DNA from: Patescibacteria group bacterium
Lineage (GTDB): Bacteria > Patescibacteriota > Minisyncoccia > RBG-13-40-8-A
Length of the DNA: 64,000 nucleotides
Direction: 5' to 3'
Assembly: GCA_018897295.1 (NCBI GenBank)
Contig: JAHILA010000009.1
Coordinates: 3,154-67,153 of the forward strand
The notes below the pieces were generated by a model. That model had not been told where the DNA came from. It was given only the letters and a program-made list of their open reading frames with translations, and did no database searches. Positions within the stretch are counted from its first letter, which is position 1. Each line of letters starts with the position of its first letter. Made by a program: the position numbers and the translations under genes. Below are positions 1 through 10,257 of this stretch, in pieces.

Positions 1-51
1 TTACCACAGGTTTCCAACCTGTTGAGAGGGGTTCGACTCCCCTTACCCGCT
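1..51 (+). tRNA. tRNA-Gly(TCC), 5' end truncated by the window edge
   Basis: Anticodon arm ACAGG-TT-TCC-AA-CCTGT, T-arm AGGGG-TTCGACT-CCCCT, 3' acceptor strand TACCCGC-T. Confidence 0.9.
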
Positions 52-56
52 TTTAT

Positions 57-91
57 AAAAAATACCCCCGACAAGTCGGGAGTATTTTTTT
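57..91. terminator. Bidirectional intrinsic terminator between tRNA-Gly and rny
   Basis: A-run, ATACCCCCGAC-AA-GTCGGGAGTAT hairpin, T-run; lies between convergent genes. Confidence 0.7.
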
Positions 92-133
92 CAAACCCTA
101 TGCTTAATTTTCCTAAGCAATAAGGTCAACCAA

Positions 134-1666
134 CTAACGAGCGTATTCAATAACACGCATTTCTCTAATCACGGTTACTTTAATTTCTCCTGGGTACTTT
201 AATTCTTTTTCAATTTCAGAAGCAATATCTTTGGCTAATTTATAGGCCTTTAAATCATCAATTTTGCCCGGATTAACGAATATTCTGATTTCTCTGCCTG
301 CCTGAATAGCATAAACTTTTTCAACGCCTTCAAATCCAGTGGCAATTTTTTCCAATTCTTCCAATCTCTTTAGATAATTTTCAAGATTCTCTTTTCTTGC
401 TCCTGGCCTGGCAGCTGAAATCGCTTCTGCTGCCTGGACAATTGATGCCTCAATACTTTCAAACGGATAATCTCCATGATGCGACTTCATTGCATCAATT
501 ATCTTCTTGTCAATATTGAATTTTTCCAATATTCTTATGCCAATATCTACATGGGAACCCTGGACTTCGTGGTCAATCGCTTTGCCGATATCATGAAGTA
601 AAGCTCCTTTTTTACAGATAATCGGGTCTGCGCCTAATTCAGAAGCCAGCATCCCAGACAAGTGAGCAGCTTCAATTGAATGTAATAAAACATTCTGCCC
701 GAAACTGGTTCTGAAAGTCAGCTTGCCTAAAAGATTTACCAAACGCGGGTCAAGCCCGACAATGCCGACATCATAAACAGCTGCTTCTCCTGCTTCTTTA
801 ATTTTGGATTCTATTTCTGTTTTTGCCTTATCAACCATCTCTTCAATTCTTGCTGGCTGGATTCTTCCGTCGACCATCAATTTCTCTAAAGCGATTTTGG
901 CAATCTGCCTGCGAGTGGGATCAAATCCGGAAATAATCAGGGTCTCCGGCGTATCATCAATAATCACTTCAACACCAGTCAACCTTTCCAGTGTTTTAAT
1001 GTTTCTTCCTTCTCTACCGATAATTCTTCCTTTGATTTCGTTATTAGGCAAAGTGACGATTGTAGTCGTTACTTCTGCTGCCTGCGAAGAAGCATATCTC
1101 TGCAAGGCAGTAACCATTATATTGTTGGCTTTCTTTTCCAATTCTTCCTTGCCCGATTTTTCAAGTTTCTGGATTTTGGCGAAAATCTCTTCTTTGTTCT
1201 GCTCTTCAACTGATTTTAGAATCTGTTGTTTCGCTTCTGCTTCAGAAAGTTTTGATATTTTTTCTAATATTTCTATCTCTTGTTGTTTTAATGTTTCTAG
1301 TTCGACTTTAATACTTCTGACTTTTTCGACTTTTTCCTGAAACTCCTTTTCTTCGTTCTCTAGTTTTCTGTCCTTGGCATCAAACATCTCTTCTCTTTTA
1401 TCCAATCTTGTTTGAATTCTTCTGTATTCTTCCTGCCTCTTGGTTTCCTCTTTTTTTATTTCATCCAACGCATTAACAACCCTATCTTTAGCTTTTAAGA
1501 TTATTTCCTGAGCCTGCGCTTTTGCTTCATTGACTAGTTTTTCTATTCTCGATTCAGCAGTATTGGCTCGTCTTTTAGCAATAGATTGGCGAGCCAAATA
1601 ACCTAAGATCGACCCGAAAATTAAAGCAACCGTTGCAACTATAAGTGGAATCAGTCCTATTACCAT
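134..1666 (-). CDS. rny: Ribonuclease Y
   Basis: N-terminal TM helix, coiled coil, KH motif GRIIGREGRNI, HD motif LLHDIGK. Confidence 0.97.
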   Translation of the reverse strand: MVIGLIPLIVATVALIFGSILGYLARQSIAKRRANTAESRIEKLVNEAKAQAQEIILKAKDRVVNALDEIKKEETKRQEEYRRIQTRLDKREEMFDAKDRKLENEEKEFQEKVEKVRSIKVELETLKQQEIEILEKISKLSEAEAKQQILKSVEEQNKEEIFAKIQKLEKSGKEELEKKANNIMVTALQRYASSQAAEVTTTIVTLPNNEIKGRIIGREGRNIKTLERLTGVEVIIDDTPETLIISGFDPTRRQIAKIALEKLMVDGRIQPARIEEMVDKAKTEIESKIKEAGEAAVYDVGIVGLDPRLVNLLGKLTFRTSFGQNVLLHSIEAAHLSGMLASELGADPIICKKGALLHDIGKAIDHEVQGSHVDIGIRILEKFNIDKKIIDAMKSHHGDYPFESIEASIVQAAEAISAARPGARKENLENYLKRLEELEKIATGFEGVEKVYAIQAGREIRIFVNPGKIDDLKAYKLAKDIASEIEKELKYPGEIKVTVIREMRVIEYAR

Positions 1667-1750
1667 AAATTTAAGTTACTTAATTACTTTTAAAGCTTAT
1701 CAAAATAAATATATTTTGTCAAAATTGCTATTTGTGCTAAAATTATATCA

Positions 1751-3319
1751 ATGAAACCAATAATTCTCACTATTCTTGATGGATGGGGGATTAACGCTCC
1801 CAGTCTGACAAATGCCATTTCTATGGCAAAAATCCCCAATCTCAAAAAGATGGAGGAGAATTATCCTTATTGTTCATTACAGTCATCTGCCATAGCTGCC
1901 GGCCTGCCGTGGAAAGAGGCTGGTAATTCGGAGGTTGGTCATCTTATTATCGGCAGCGGGAGAATTGTTTACCAATATCTTCCCAGAATCCTAATAGAAA
2001 TTAAAAATGGAAAATTCTTTAAGAATCAGGCATTTTTAAATACAATCAACCATGTCAAAAAGAATAATTCCGTCCTGCATTTAGTGGGATTAATTTCGAG
2101 TGGCAATGTCCATTCATACTTAGAACATATTTATGGATTGCTAGAACTAGCCAAACAAAATGACGTTGCGAATCTGCGTCTACATCTTTTTACAGACGGC
2201 AAAGATGCGCCAATAAAAGAAGGAACAAAAATTATATCGACACTAATGGAAAAATTAAAAAATCCTAATTGGAAAATCGCCTCAATTATCGGCAGATATT
2301 ATAGTATGGATAGAAACAATAACTGGGACAGAACTGAGATTGCTTACAACCTTATCACTCAAGGCATTGGCGAAAAAACCCAAGATTTAATCAAGACACT
2401 ACGAGAATATTATGACCAGGATATTATTGATACCTATATAAAACCGATTGTTATTGTTGACGAAAATCAAAAGCCGATCGGAACAATTTCGGACAATGAT
2501 GCAATTATTTTCTGGGATTTCAGGGAAGACAGCGCCAGACAGCTGACAGGAGCATTTGCTAAGGAAGATTTTGATAAATTCAAAAGAACACAGATAAATA
2601 ACCTGCTTCTCTGCACAATGATTGAATATGACAAATATTTTAATACTGAGGTGGCTTATCCGCCGACAAAAATCCAGAATCATCTTGTAGAAGTTCTCAA
2701 TGCAAACAACAAAAAAGTTTTTAAAATTGCTGAAACAGAAAAATACGCTCATGTTACCTATTTCTTTAACTGTGGCAAGGAAGAACCATATCCGAACGAA
2801 ACCAGAAAACTGATTCCTTCTAAAATTGTTTCTCATTATGAAGAAAACCCGGAAATGCAGGCAGATGAAATCACTAAAGCAATATTAGAGGGTCTAAAAG
2901 GAAATTACGATTTAATTGTGGCTAATTATGCTAATGCCGATATGATGGGCCATACAGGCAATCTTGATGCAGCTATTAAGGCTGCTGAATATGTTGATGG
3001 CGCATTAAAACCAGTCATAGATTTGGCTGAGAAAGGGGACTGCATCTTAATTATCACTGCTGACCATGGCAATATCGAACAAATGGTAAATCTGCGCACC
3101 GGCGAAGTGAAAACCGAACATACTTTAAATCCAGTGCCGTTTTATTTGATTGGGACGGAGTTCAAGACAAACAAAAAGAGCCCCAAATTCTCATTTGAGA
3201 CTCCGTGCGGAATGCTACAGGATATTGCTCCAACGATCCTCGCTTTAATGCACATTCCCCAACCCTCCGAAATGACCGGCACAAACTTACTGGAAATTCT
3301 TACTTCCTCTTATCAATAA
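1751..3319 (+). CDS. gpmI: 2,3-bisphosphoglycerate-independent phosphoglycerate mutase
   Basis: [38 protein letters not shown] motifs; extended -10 (TGcTAAAAT, 1735-1743) lies 7 nt before the ATG, suggesting a leaderless mRNA. Confidence 0.96.
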   Translation: MKPIILTILDGWGINAPSLTNAISMAKIPNLKKMEENYPYCSLQSSAIAAGLPWKEAGNSEVGHLIIGSGRIVYQYLPRILIEIKNGKFFKNQAFLNTINHVKKNNSVLHLVGLISSGNVHSYLEHIYGLLELAKQNDVANLRLHLFTDGKDAPIKEGTKIISTLMEKLKNPNWKIASIIGRYYSMDRNNNWDRTEIAYNLITQGIGEKTQDLIKTLREYYDQDIIDTYIKPIVIVDENQKPIGTISDNDAIIFWDFREDSARQLTGAFAKEDFDKFKRTQINNLLLCTMIEYDKYFNTEVAYPPTKIQNHLVEVLNANNKKVFKIAETEKYAHVTYFFNCGKEEPYPNETRKLIPSKIVSHYEENPEMQADEITKAILEGLKGNYDLIVANYANADMMGHTGNLDAAIKAAEYVDGALKPVIDLAEKGDCILIITADHGNIEQMVNLRTGEVKTEHTLNPVPFYLIGTEFKTNKKSPKFSFETPCGMLQDIAPTILALMHIPQPSEMTGTNLLEILTSSYQ

Positions 3320-3884
3320 TTTCATCAATTAATCCGTAATCTTTCGCTTCTTCAGCAGACATATAATAGTCGCGGTCGCTGTCTTTTTCCACTTTATCTG
3401 TTTTTTGGCCAGTATGCTTGGCCAAAATTTTATTTAATTTCTGCTTGATTTTCAAAATATGTTTTGCGGAAATTTCAATATCGCTCGCCTGGCCGCCTGC
3501 CTCGCCCATAACTTGATGGATCATTACTTCGGAATTAGGCAAAGCCATCCTCTTTCCTTTTGCGCCTGCTGCCAGAATTACTGCTGCGCCAGAAGCAGCC
3601 ATGCCTATGCAAACCGTTGAAATGTCTGATTTTACAAATTGCATTGTGTCATAAATCGCCATAGTTGAAGTCACGCCTCCTCCTGGACTATTAATGTAAA
3701 TTAAAATATCCTTTTTAGGATCCTGATTTTCTAAAAACAATAATTGCGCAATCACTGAATTTGCTACAATATCATCAATCGGACCGCCTAAAAAAATTAT
3801 CCTGTCTTTTAACAAGCGGGAGTAAATATCATAAGCCCTTTCTCCATATTGCGATTTTTCAATAACTGTTGGTATTAAATTCAT
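3300..3884 (-). CDS. clpP: ATP-dependent Clp protease proteolytic subunit
   Basis: [19 protein letters not shown] (Ser), MIHQ (His), DRD motifs. Confidence 0.97.
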   Translation of the reverse strand: MNLIPTVIEKSQYGERAYDIYSRLLKDRIIFLGGPIDDIVANSVIAQLLFLENQDPKKDILIYINSPGGGVTSTMAIYDTMQFVKSDISTVCIGMAASGAAVILAAGAKGKRMALPNSEVMIHQVMGEAGGQASDIEISAKHILKIKQKLNKILAKHTGQKTDKVEKDSDRDYYMSAEEAKDYGLIDEIIDKRK

Positions 3885-4858
3885 ATAATTTTCGCTTCGC
3901 GCTCCAAGAGCTCAAAGACTTTTTCATTTATTAATATATTCTCAGTATACTCTTTAAAAACCACTAAATCAATATTCCCGCCCTCTGGCGGGATCCCGCC
4001 CGACGGCGGGACCTTAACATTATAACGCGTTAATTCCTGATCCATCCTTTCCTCGATTTCCTGTGTAGAGGGGAGGATTTTTTCTTTGTCAGCAATCGCT
4101 TTAATACATAATCCGATTTTCACTCTCTTTCCTGCCTGTTCTCTCCATCCCTTTTTTAACTCATCAGCTGTTGCCTTGATCTGCGTTAAATAAGCCTCAA
4201 AATCCATTCCAAATTGGTCAATATTCATTTTAAACTCATTAACCATATTCTCCAGTTCTTTTTCAATCAGTTCTTCGGGCGCTTCGATTTTTGAATTTTC
4301 GACAACTTTTTCTATCAATTCAATTCTGATTCTTTGTTTCTCCACGATTTCTTTCTCCTGCATCAATCCCTGTTCAATATTCTTTTTCAGCGCTTCCAAA
4401 GAATCGAATTTCCCAAATGATTTTACGAATTCATCATTGATTTCCGGCAATTGTCTTTCCTGCACAAGGTTCATTTTTATCTTAAAATTTAGATTTTTGC
4501 CTGCAATATTTTTATTGCCCCAATCTTCTGGAACTTTCAATAAAAATTCTTTTTCTTCGCCAGCTTTCATTCCTTCCAACTCTTTTTCAAAGCCGGGTAA
4601 GAATCGGCCTTCGCCTATAATTAATGGATGATTTTTGCTTACACCATTCTCTATCTGTACTCCACCTATCCTTGTTTCAAAATCAATTTCCACCCGATTG
4701 CCTTCTTGCGCGGGTTTATTTATGGTAATGATTTTTGCCCTTGATTTTTGCAGATAATCTAAGGCATTAATAATTTCTTTCTCTTCAACTTTCAATTCTT
4801 GCTTCTTCGCTTCCAATCCTTTGTAATTTCCTAATTCAATTCTGATTCCATTTGTCAT
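3881..4858 (-). CDS. tig: Trigger factor lacking the N-terminal ribosome-binding domain
   Basis: FKBP-type PPIase domain ([10 protein letters not shown]) and C-terminal chaperone domain; no GFRxG motif; ATG at 4858 preferred over the upstream TTG, which lies in a repeat. Confidence 0.85.
   Translation of the reverse strand: MTNGIRIELGNYKGLEAKKQELKVEEKEIINALDYLQKSRAKIITINKPAQEGNRVEIDFETRIGGVQIENGVSKNHPLIIGEGRFLPGFEKELEGMKAGEEKEFLLKVPEDWGNKNIAGKNLNFKIKMNLVQERQLPEINDEFVKSFGKFDSLEALKKNIEQGLMQEKEIVEKQRIRIELIEKVVENSKIEAPEELIEKELENMVNEFKMNIDQFGMDFEAYLTQIKATADELKKGWREQAGKRVKIGLCIKAIADKEKILPSTQEIEERMDQELTRYNVKVPPSGGIPPEGGNIDLVVFKEYTENILINEKVFELLEREAKII
3976..4011. repeat. 36 bp double-hairpin palindrome inserted in frame in tig
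   Basis: TCCCGCC-CTCT-GGCGGGA plus TCCCGCC-CGAC-GGCGGGA; encodes [12 protein letters not shown]. Confidence 0.85.
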
Positions 4859-4859
4859 A

Positions 4860-4899
4860 CCTGTCTCGCCGTAGTCCCGCAACACGGGACGAAGGCGGA
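4860..4899. repeat. GC-rich palindromic element filling the NUDIX-tig intergenic gap
   Basis: CCTGTCTCGCCGTAG-TCCCG caaca CGGGA-CGAAGGCGGA; resembles the degenerate copy at 5311-5339. Confidence 0.75.
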
Positions 4900-5301
4900 T
4901 TAAATCTCTAAATCCTTAATTAACTTTTTAGTATTAGGCCAGGTTAAGTTTGCAACTGCTGTTTCTTTTTCGACCCACTCATAATTATCATGTTCAATAA
5001 TTGCCTGGTTCAAGGAAATTTTTTCATTCATATTAGCTTTTACTAAAAAGGTTGCAGTAATTTCGTAATCGATTCTGTCTTTTTGCCATTTCTCTGTTTT
5101 ATTTAAATCACGGATGATTTTAAAATCTTTTAATCCGGTTTCTTCTTTTATGCCTCTGATTAATACTTGTTTTAGATTTTCTCCTGGTTCTATGGTTTCT
5201 TTAAGAACTTCCCAGCCATTCCATCTTAAAATACGATGCAAAATTAAAAAATACGGCTTGCCATTTTTAATATCATAAATAATTGCTCTAACTTTTTTCA
5301 T
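4900..5301 (-). CDS. NUDIX hydrolase
   Basis: Nudix-box-like GENLKQVLIRGIKEETGL and EHxxYxW; likely start MKKVRA at 5301. Confidence 0.85.
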   Translation of the reverse strand: MKKVRAIIYDIKNGKPYFLILHRILRWNGWEVLKETIEPGENLKQVLIRGIKEETGLKDFKIIRDLNKTEKWQKDRIDYEITATFLVKANMNEKISLNQAIIEHDNYEWVEKETAVANLTWPNTKKLIKDLEI

Positions 5302-6571
5302 TGTCGTCCTTGCCATCCTTAGCTTTAGCGAGAGAGGGTTTCTTGGTTTTAGATTTTTTTTCTTTTTTCGGTTTCTCGTCCTCTTCTTTTTTGTCCGCAT
5401 CTTCCATCATTTTTTCACTCTTCACATCAATTTTCCAGCCAGTCAATTTGGCTGCCAATCTAACATTCTGTCCTCTTTGACCAATAGCTAAAGAAATTTG
5501 GTCTTCTGGAACAATTACCAGGGCTGTCCTTCTACTTTCATCTATTTTGACGTCAATGATTTTTGCGGGGGAAAGAGAATTAGCAATATATTTTTCTATA
5601 TTTTCGTTCCATTCAATAACATCTATTTTTTCTCCGCCCAATTCATTAATAACTGTCTGAATTCTACTTCCTTTCTGCCCAACACAGCTTCCAATCGGGT
5701 CAATTCCTTCTTCTTCTGTCCAAACCGCAATTTTGGTTCTTGAACCTGGTTCTCTGGCAATGGATTTTATCTGCACTGCGCCGGTTGAAATTTCCGGGAC
5801 TTCAATTGAGAATAATCTACTCACTAATTTAGGATAGGCGCGGGAAAGAATAATATCTGCGCCTTTCGGCGATTTTTCAACCTTTAAAATATATGACCTC
5901 AAACGCTGACCCATAAAAAACCTTTCTCCTGGAATCTGTTCTTCGGGAAATAAAACTCCTACCGCTTTACCGATGTCCAAAAATATATTTCTGCCTTCGA
6001 TTCTTTGGACAATTGCGCTCACGATTTCTCCTTCTTTGTCTTTGTATTCCTCAAAAATGACTTCTCTTTCTGCTTCTCTTAATCGCTGGATAATAACCTG
6101 TTTGGCTGTTTGCGCAGCGATTCTTCCAAAGTCAGTATGTGTTTCGAGTTTTGTCTGAATTTCGTCTTCAATTTTTGCGTTTTTCTTAATTTTCTGGGCA
6201 TCCTCCAACATTATATGTTTATATGGATTAAATCTAATTTTTTTATTGCCATCTTCATCTTTCCCGACGTCTTCCCCTAGTGGAGTCGGGACTCCGACCT
6301 CGCCTTCGGCGAGCGTCGGAGCTTCTTCTTCAATTTTGCCTTCTTTGTCTTTCTTTAGCATGCTCTCATCCACAACTAAAAAAACCTGGAAAACTTTTAT
6401 TTCCCCAGTTTTTATATCAAATTTAACTTTGATATTCTGGCCTTTTTTGCCATAATCCTTTTTGTATGCAGCAGCAATCGCCATTTCAAGGGTCTCGACG
6501 ATCTGTTCCTGAGAAATGCCTTTTTCCTCGGCAATCTGGCTCATTGCTGAAATAAATTGTTTTTGATCCAT
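5288..6571 (-). CDS. nusA: Transcription termination/antitermination factor NusA
   Basis: DFGRIAAQTAKQVI, S1 and KH domains, AIGQRGQNVRLA; likely start MDQKQF at 6571. Confidence 0.96.
   Translation of the reverse strand: MDQKQFISAMSQIAEEKGISQEQIVETLEMAIAAAYKKDYGKKGQNIKVKFDIKTGEIKVFQVFLVVDESMLKKDKEGKIEEEAPTLAEGEVGVPTPLGEDVGKDEDGNKKIRFNPYKHIMLEDAQKIKKNAKIEDEIQTKLETHTDFGRIAAQTAKQVIIQRLREAEREVIFEEYKDKEGEIVSAIVQRIEGRNIFLDIGKAVGVLFPEEQIPGERFFMGQRLRSYILKVEKSPKGADIILSRAYPKLVSRLFSIEVPEISTGAVQIKSIAREPGSRTKIAVWTEEEGIDPIGSCVGQKGSRIQTVINELGGEKIDVIEWNENIEKYIANSLSPAKIIDVKIDESRRTALVIVPEDQISLAIGQRGQNVRLAAKLTGWKIDVKSEKMMEDADKKEEDEKPKKEKKSKTKKPSLAKAKDGKDDNEKS
5311..5339. repeat. Degenerate palindromic element in the nusA 3' end
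   Basis: TGCCATCCTTAGCTTTAGCGAGAGAGGG, similar to 4860-4899; encodes PSLAKAKDG. Confidence 0.45.
6262..6321. repeat. 60 bp CCGAC/GTCGG double-hairpin element in frame in nusA
   Basis: TCCCGAC..GTCGGGA plus CTCCGAC..GTCGGAG; same architecture as 37126-37169 and 37780-37849. Confidence 0.85.
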
Positions 6572-6647
6572 AGATTTAATGAAAGGCCCGACCAAAGTCG
6601 GACCGTAAATGATTAAGAAATAATATTATTATATTAAAAATCCGTTG

Positions 6648-7097
6648 TCAATACATATCACCAACTGCATTTTCTGTATGGCGAATATCATATGAGCCGT
6701 TGCGATAAACTTCTACTGCCAGAATATCAATTTGCCACGAACTATCAAACAATCTATGTTTGCTTAAATAAATTTGTGATAATTTGATTAATTTTTTCTG
6801 CTTAGCGTAAGTAATATTGTCTTCTGGCCAAAATCCGCCAGGCCCAGTTTTATTGCGCGTTTTTACCTCAATAAAAACAATGTCGTTCCTGCCCGCAACG
6901 CCAGCAACCTGCCCGCTCGCAAGCTCGCGTTGCAGGCGGGGCTGGCTTGCGTGGCGGGCGGGTTTCTCTGCAATAATATCCAATTCTCCCAGTTTGCTGT
7001 ATCTGAAATTCTTATCTAAAATTTTATATCCTTTTCTTTTTAAATATTCTCTGGCAATTTTTTCTCCCAAATCGCCTAAATCTTTTCTCTCGCACAT
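6648..7097 (-). CDS. YraN family (UPF0102) endonuclease-like protein with a 25-aa insertion
   Basis: LGxxGE, GELDIIA...VFIEVKTR motifs. Confidence 0.9.
   Translation of the reverse strand: MCERKDLGDLGEKIAREYLKRKGYKILDKNFRYSKLGELDIIAEKPARHASQPRLQRELASGQVAGVAGRNDIVFIEVKTRNKTGPGGFWPEDNITYAKQKKLIKLSQIYLSKHRLFDSSWQIDILAVEVYRNGSYDIRHTENAVGDMY
6888..6962. repeat. Nested CCTGCC...GGCGGG elements (33 bp inside 42 bp) in the yraN-like gene
   Basis: Outer 6888-6962 and inner 6908-6940 both begin CCTGCCCGC and end GGCGGG. Confidence 0.9.
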
Positions 7098-7099
7098 TT

Positions 7100-7933
7100 T
7101 TATTCTTTCTCGTTTAATTTCTCAACTATATTTTCTGCTTTTGCCAATCCTTCCTCGCTACCAATATCAGTCCATAAACCGCGGTGGACAAATGCCAATA
7201 ATTGTTTTTTCTCTGCCAGCAGCGGAAAAATACATTCTTCAATGGCAAATGCCTCGCCTTCTTTCTTGGCGCGTATACATTTTGTCTGTAAAAGCTGCGG
7301 AGACAAAACATAAAAACCAGCATTAACATATCCAGAATATTGATATTCCGGATCTTCTTGGAATTCCACTACGCGATTATTCTTGGTCTTAACCAAACCC
7401 ATGCCTTTGACATTTTGATCATAATAAACTGCCATTGCGCCCAAAATTTCTTCATATGAAACCCTTTTTCTTAAAGGAGAGATTCCCGAGGTAATACTTC
7501 TCACAAATGATGAAGAAGAAAAGAATTTCGGTTCTGAAACATTGGTTTTATAAAATTTAATAAAGTTATTCAGGTCGAAATTACTTAAAGTATCGCCGTT
7601 CATTATTAAAAAATCCTTTTTCAAATCTTTGGAAGCTGACATTATTGCTCCTCCTGTTCCCAATGGTTTTGTTTCGACAACATATTCAATTCCCGCCACT
7701 TTTCCTATTTTTTTAGAAATATTTGCTTTTGGATCTTTGATTTTCAGATATTTTAAAATCTCTTCTGCTTTATAGTGGAGACTCAAACAGATATCATCAA
7801 ATTTATATTTTTTCAATAAATCCAATTGATATTCCAATAATGGTTTCCCTTTTATTTTAATCAGGGATTTGGGTATATTTTTCAATTTTCCAGGCAGGTC
7901 GGTTTTACCTCCTGCCAAAATAATGACTTTCAC
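7100..7933 (-). CDS. NDP-sugar synthase / nucleotidyltransferase family protein
   Basis: IILAGG, PK, PLGTGG, NGD, NAGFY, WTDIG motifs; GxGTR signature is degenerate. Confidence 0.85.
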   Translation of the reverse strand: MKVIILAGGKTDLPGKLKNIPKSLIKIKGKPLLEYQLDLLKKYKFDDICLSLHYKAEEILKYLKIKDPKANISKKIGKVAGIEYVVETKPLGTGGAIMSASKDLKKDFLIMNGDTLSNFDLNNFIKFYKTNVSEPKFFSSSSFVRSITSGISPLRKRVSYEEILGAMAVYYDQNVKGMGLVKTKNNRVVEFQEDPEYQYSGYVNAGFYVLSPQLLQTKCIRAKKEGEAFAIEECIFPLLAEKKQLLAFVHRGLWTDIGSEEGLAKAENIVEKLNEKE

Positions 7934-8075
7934 CCCGTACTAGATTTTCGACATATTTATGTTAGTTTTGTCGAAAATCAATTAATATTTGTAATTATAA
8001 TAATCTATTATTGATTTATCATGCCCCGATTGCGGTCCCGATAAATCGGGACCAGTCGAAAATTCAGTACGGGGT
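7932..8075. mobile_element. MITE-like element with 21 bp imperfect terminal inverted repeats
   Basis: ACCCCGTACTAGATTTTCGAC ... GTCGAAAATTCAGTACGGGGT; related ends at 46117-46187. Confidence 0.7.
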
Positions 8076-8153
8076 TCATGCCCAGAGTTAATTTTAACTC
8101 TGCAAAATAAAAAGTCAACCCTATTTGTCGACTTAGTGGACTTGGCGAGAATC

Positions 8154-8190
8154 CCTGCCCGCCAAAGCTGCACTTGGCGCTGCGGGCGGG
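8154..8190. repeat. CCTGCCCGC...GCGGGCGGG palindromic element downstream of tRNA-Ala
   Basis: Same termini as the yraN and tRNA-Lys insertions. Confidence 0.8.
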
Positions 8191-8208
8191 GAACTCGCGT
8201 CTCAATTT

Positions 8209-8281
8209 TGGACCATAGCGGATTCGAACCGCTGACCTCGTCAATGCGAATGACGCGCTCTACCAACTGAGCTAATGGCCC
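8209..8281 (-). tRNA. tRNA-Ala(CGC)
   Basis: GGGCCATTAGCTCAGTTGGTAGAGCG-CGTCA-TT-CGC-AT-TGACG...GGTTCGAATCC...ATGGTCCA; G3:U70 pair. Confidence 0.95.
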
Positions 8282-9538
8282 TTATTCGTGTCTTAGTGCT
8301 TCAATTGGATTAAGTTTGGCAGCTTTCTTAGCAGGATAAATACCGAAAACCAAACCGACAATTGCAGCAACCCCGAATGCCAGGACAACCGCGCTAACAG
8401 GAACAGCAAAACCCCAGCTTATATTCAAAACACTGCTCAAGACAATTGCTACGATAAAAGAAATCGATGTACCGCCAAGAAATCCTATGATCCCGCCGAT
8501 TAAGGTTAGGGTAATTGATTCCAATAAAAACTGATTCAAAATATCCTTATTTCTTGCGCCAACTGCTTTTCTTAAGCCAATTTCTTTTGTCCTTTCTGTA
8601 ACTGAAACCAGCATTATATTCATGATGCCGATTCCGCCGACAATTAAAGCAATCGCAGCAATAGAAGAAAGAAATGCAGTAAGAATTCCGGTAATCTGGG
8701 CCATCATATTGCTTGCTTCAACTTGGCTCATTACTTTAAAATCATCCCTGGATAAGTCCCCTTCTGGATTATAAATATTATGAGTATCTCTGAGAATAAA
8801 ACGAATATTCTCCATTAATCTATCCACAGTATCTTCATTTATAGCCCGGACAGTAATAGCGTTTAAATGATCTATTCCCAATAAAAGTTTCTGGGCAGTT
8901 GTTACGGGAATATAAACATATTCGTCATAATTCTGGAACATTTCCATCCCGCGTTCTTCCATTACGCCAATTACTTTGAAACTGGTTTTTTTAATCCTAA
9001 TCGTTTTGCCAATCGGATCTTCTTCTCCGAATAAATCTCCTGCTATTTTATAGCCCAATGTTGCCACTCTTGCCATACTTTTAACTTCTTCTTCATTAAT
9101 ATCCCTTCCAATAACTGCATGCCAATCATCCATAATATATGCTTCTGGAGTTGTTCCTATGAAAGTTATTTTTTCATCATTATTCTGATAAACAGCCCTG
9201 GCAGTTCCATAAACCATTGGATAAGCCATATCTACTAAAGGGTCTTTTTCTATTGCTTCCATGTCTTTAAGTTTTAGGGTTTTTATTGTCATCTCCTCCA
9301 ATGCCATTTCCATGCCAAAACCTCCTTTGGGATCAAATGAACCTGGTTCAATATAGATACTATTAGAACCCAAGGACTGAATTTGACCTATAATTAAATT
9401 TTGGGCGCTTCTGCCAATTGACATCATTAAAATTACCGAACCAACGCCAATAATAATGCCAAGCATAGTTAAAGCAGAGCGCATTTTATTCGTCCTTAAT
9501 GTAATAAAAGAAATTTTAAGAGAATCTCTGAGTCTCAT
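8282..9538 (-). CDS. MacB/FtsX-family ABC transporter permease
   Basis: RSALTMLGIIIG, GGIGIMNIMLVSVTERTKEIGLRKAVGA, PIEALR. Confidence 0.93.
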   Translation of the reverse strand: MRLRDSLKISFITLRTNKMRSALTMLGIIIGVGSVILMMSIGRSAQNLIIGQIQSLGSNSIYIEPGSFDPKGGFGMEMALEEMTIKTLKLKDMEAIEKDPLVDMAYPMVYGTARAVYQNNDEKITFIGTTPEAYIMDDWHAVIGRDINEEEVKSMARVATLGYKIAGDLFGEEDPIGKTIRIKKTSFKVIGVMEERGMEMFQNYDEYVYIPVTTAQKLLLGIDHLNAITVRAINEDTVDRLMENIRFILRDTHNIYNPEGDLSRDDFKVMSQVEASNMMAQITGILTAFLSSIAAIALIVGGIGIMNIMLVSVTERTKEIGLRKAVGARNKDILNQFLLESITLTLIGGIIGFLGGTSISFIVAIVLSSVLNISWGFAVPVSAVVLAFGVAAIVGLVFGIYPAKKAAKLNPIEALRHE

Positions 9539-9541
9539 AAT

Positions 9542-10252
9542 TTATTTCAGCAGTCCATTTTTAGCGATTTTTCTGTCCGCTACTCGTTCATCGCTAACTA
9601 TCTGCCCATCTTTTAATTTTATTATTCTTCTTGCCATTTCCGCTGTATATTGTTCATGCGTGACTAAAATAATCGTATGTCCTACTTCATTTAAATCCTG
9701 TAAAATTTCCATTATTTGCTGACCTGACTTACTGTCCAGATTTCCTGTTGGCTCATCAGCAAAAATTACTGAAGGATCATTTACAATTGCCCGTGCAATT
9801 GCCACTCTCTGCTGTTCGCCTCCGGACAGTTGATTCGATAAATGCTTCATTCTATGGGAAAGCCCAACTGATTCAATCGCTTTCATAACTCTCTGCTTTT
9901 TTTCTTCCTCAGAAATTTTTGTGTAGGCAAGAGGCAATCTGACATTTTCAAAAACTGTTGTCCTGGGAAGCAGATTGAAAAACTGAAAAATAAATCCCAA
10001 TTTATTGTTTCTGACAAAAGCCAATTGGTCATCATCTAAATCTTCAATTCTTTGATTTTCAAATTTATAAACACCAGAACTTGGCCTGTCCAGGAATCCC
10101 ATAATATGCATTAATGTCGATTTGCCGGAACCGGACGGCCCCATAATTGCCAAGAATTCTCCCTTTTCAATATTAAAAGAAACCCTCTCCAGGGCCACTG
10201 TTTTTACTTCATCATCCGAATATTCTTTTCTAAGATTTTCTGCTACAATCAT
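9542..10252 (-). CDS. ABC transporter ATP-binding protein (MacB/LolD type)
   Basis: [24 protein letters not shown]. Confidence 0.95.
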   Translation of the reverse strand: MIVAENLRKEYSDDEVKTVALERVSFNIEKGEFLAIMGPSGSGKSTLMHIMGFLDRPSSGVYKFENQRIEDLDDDQLAFVRNNKLGFIFQFFNLLPRTTVFENVRLPLAYTKISEEEKKQRVMKAIESVGLSHRMKHLSNQLSGGEQQRVAIARAIVNDPSVIFADEPTGNLDSKSGQQIMEILQDLNEVGHTIILVTHEQYTAEMARRIIKLKDGQIVSDERVADRKIAKNGLLK

Positions 10253-10257
10253 TTATT

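Noticed and set aside
7982-8266. ORFs 7982-8266 and 8008-8244, and likewise 37069-37260 and 37282-37569
   Set aside because: They run across tRNA genes and repeats; spurious.
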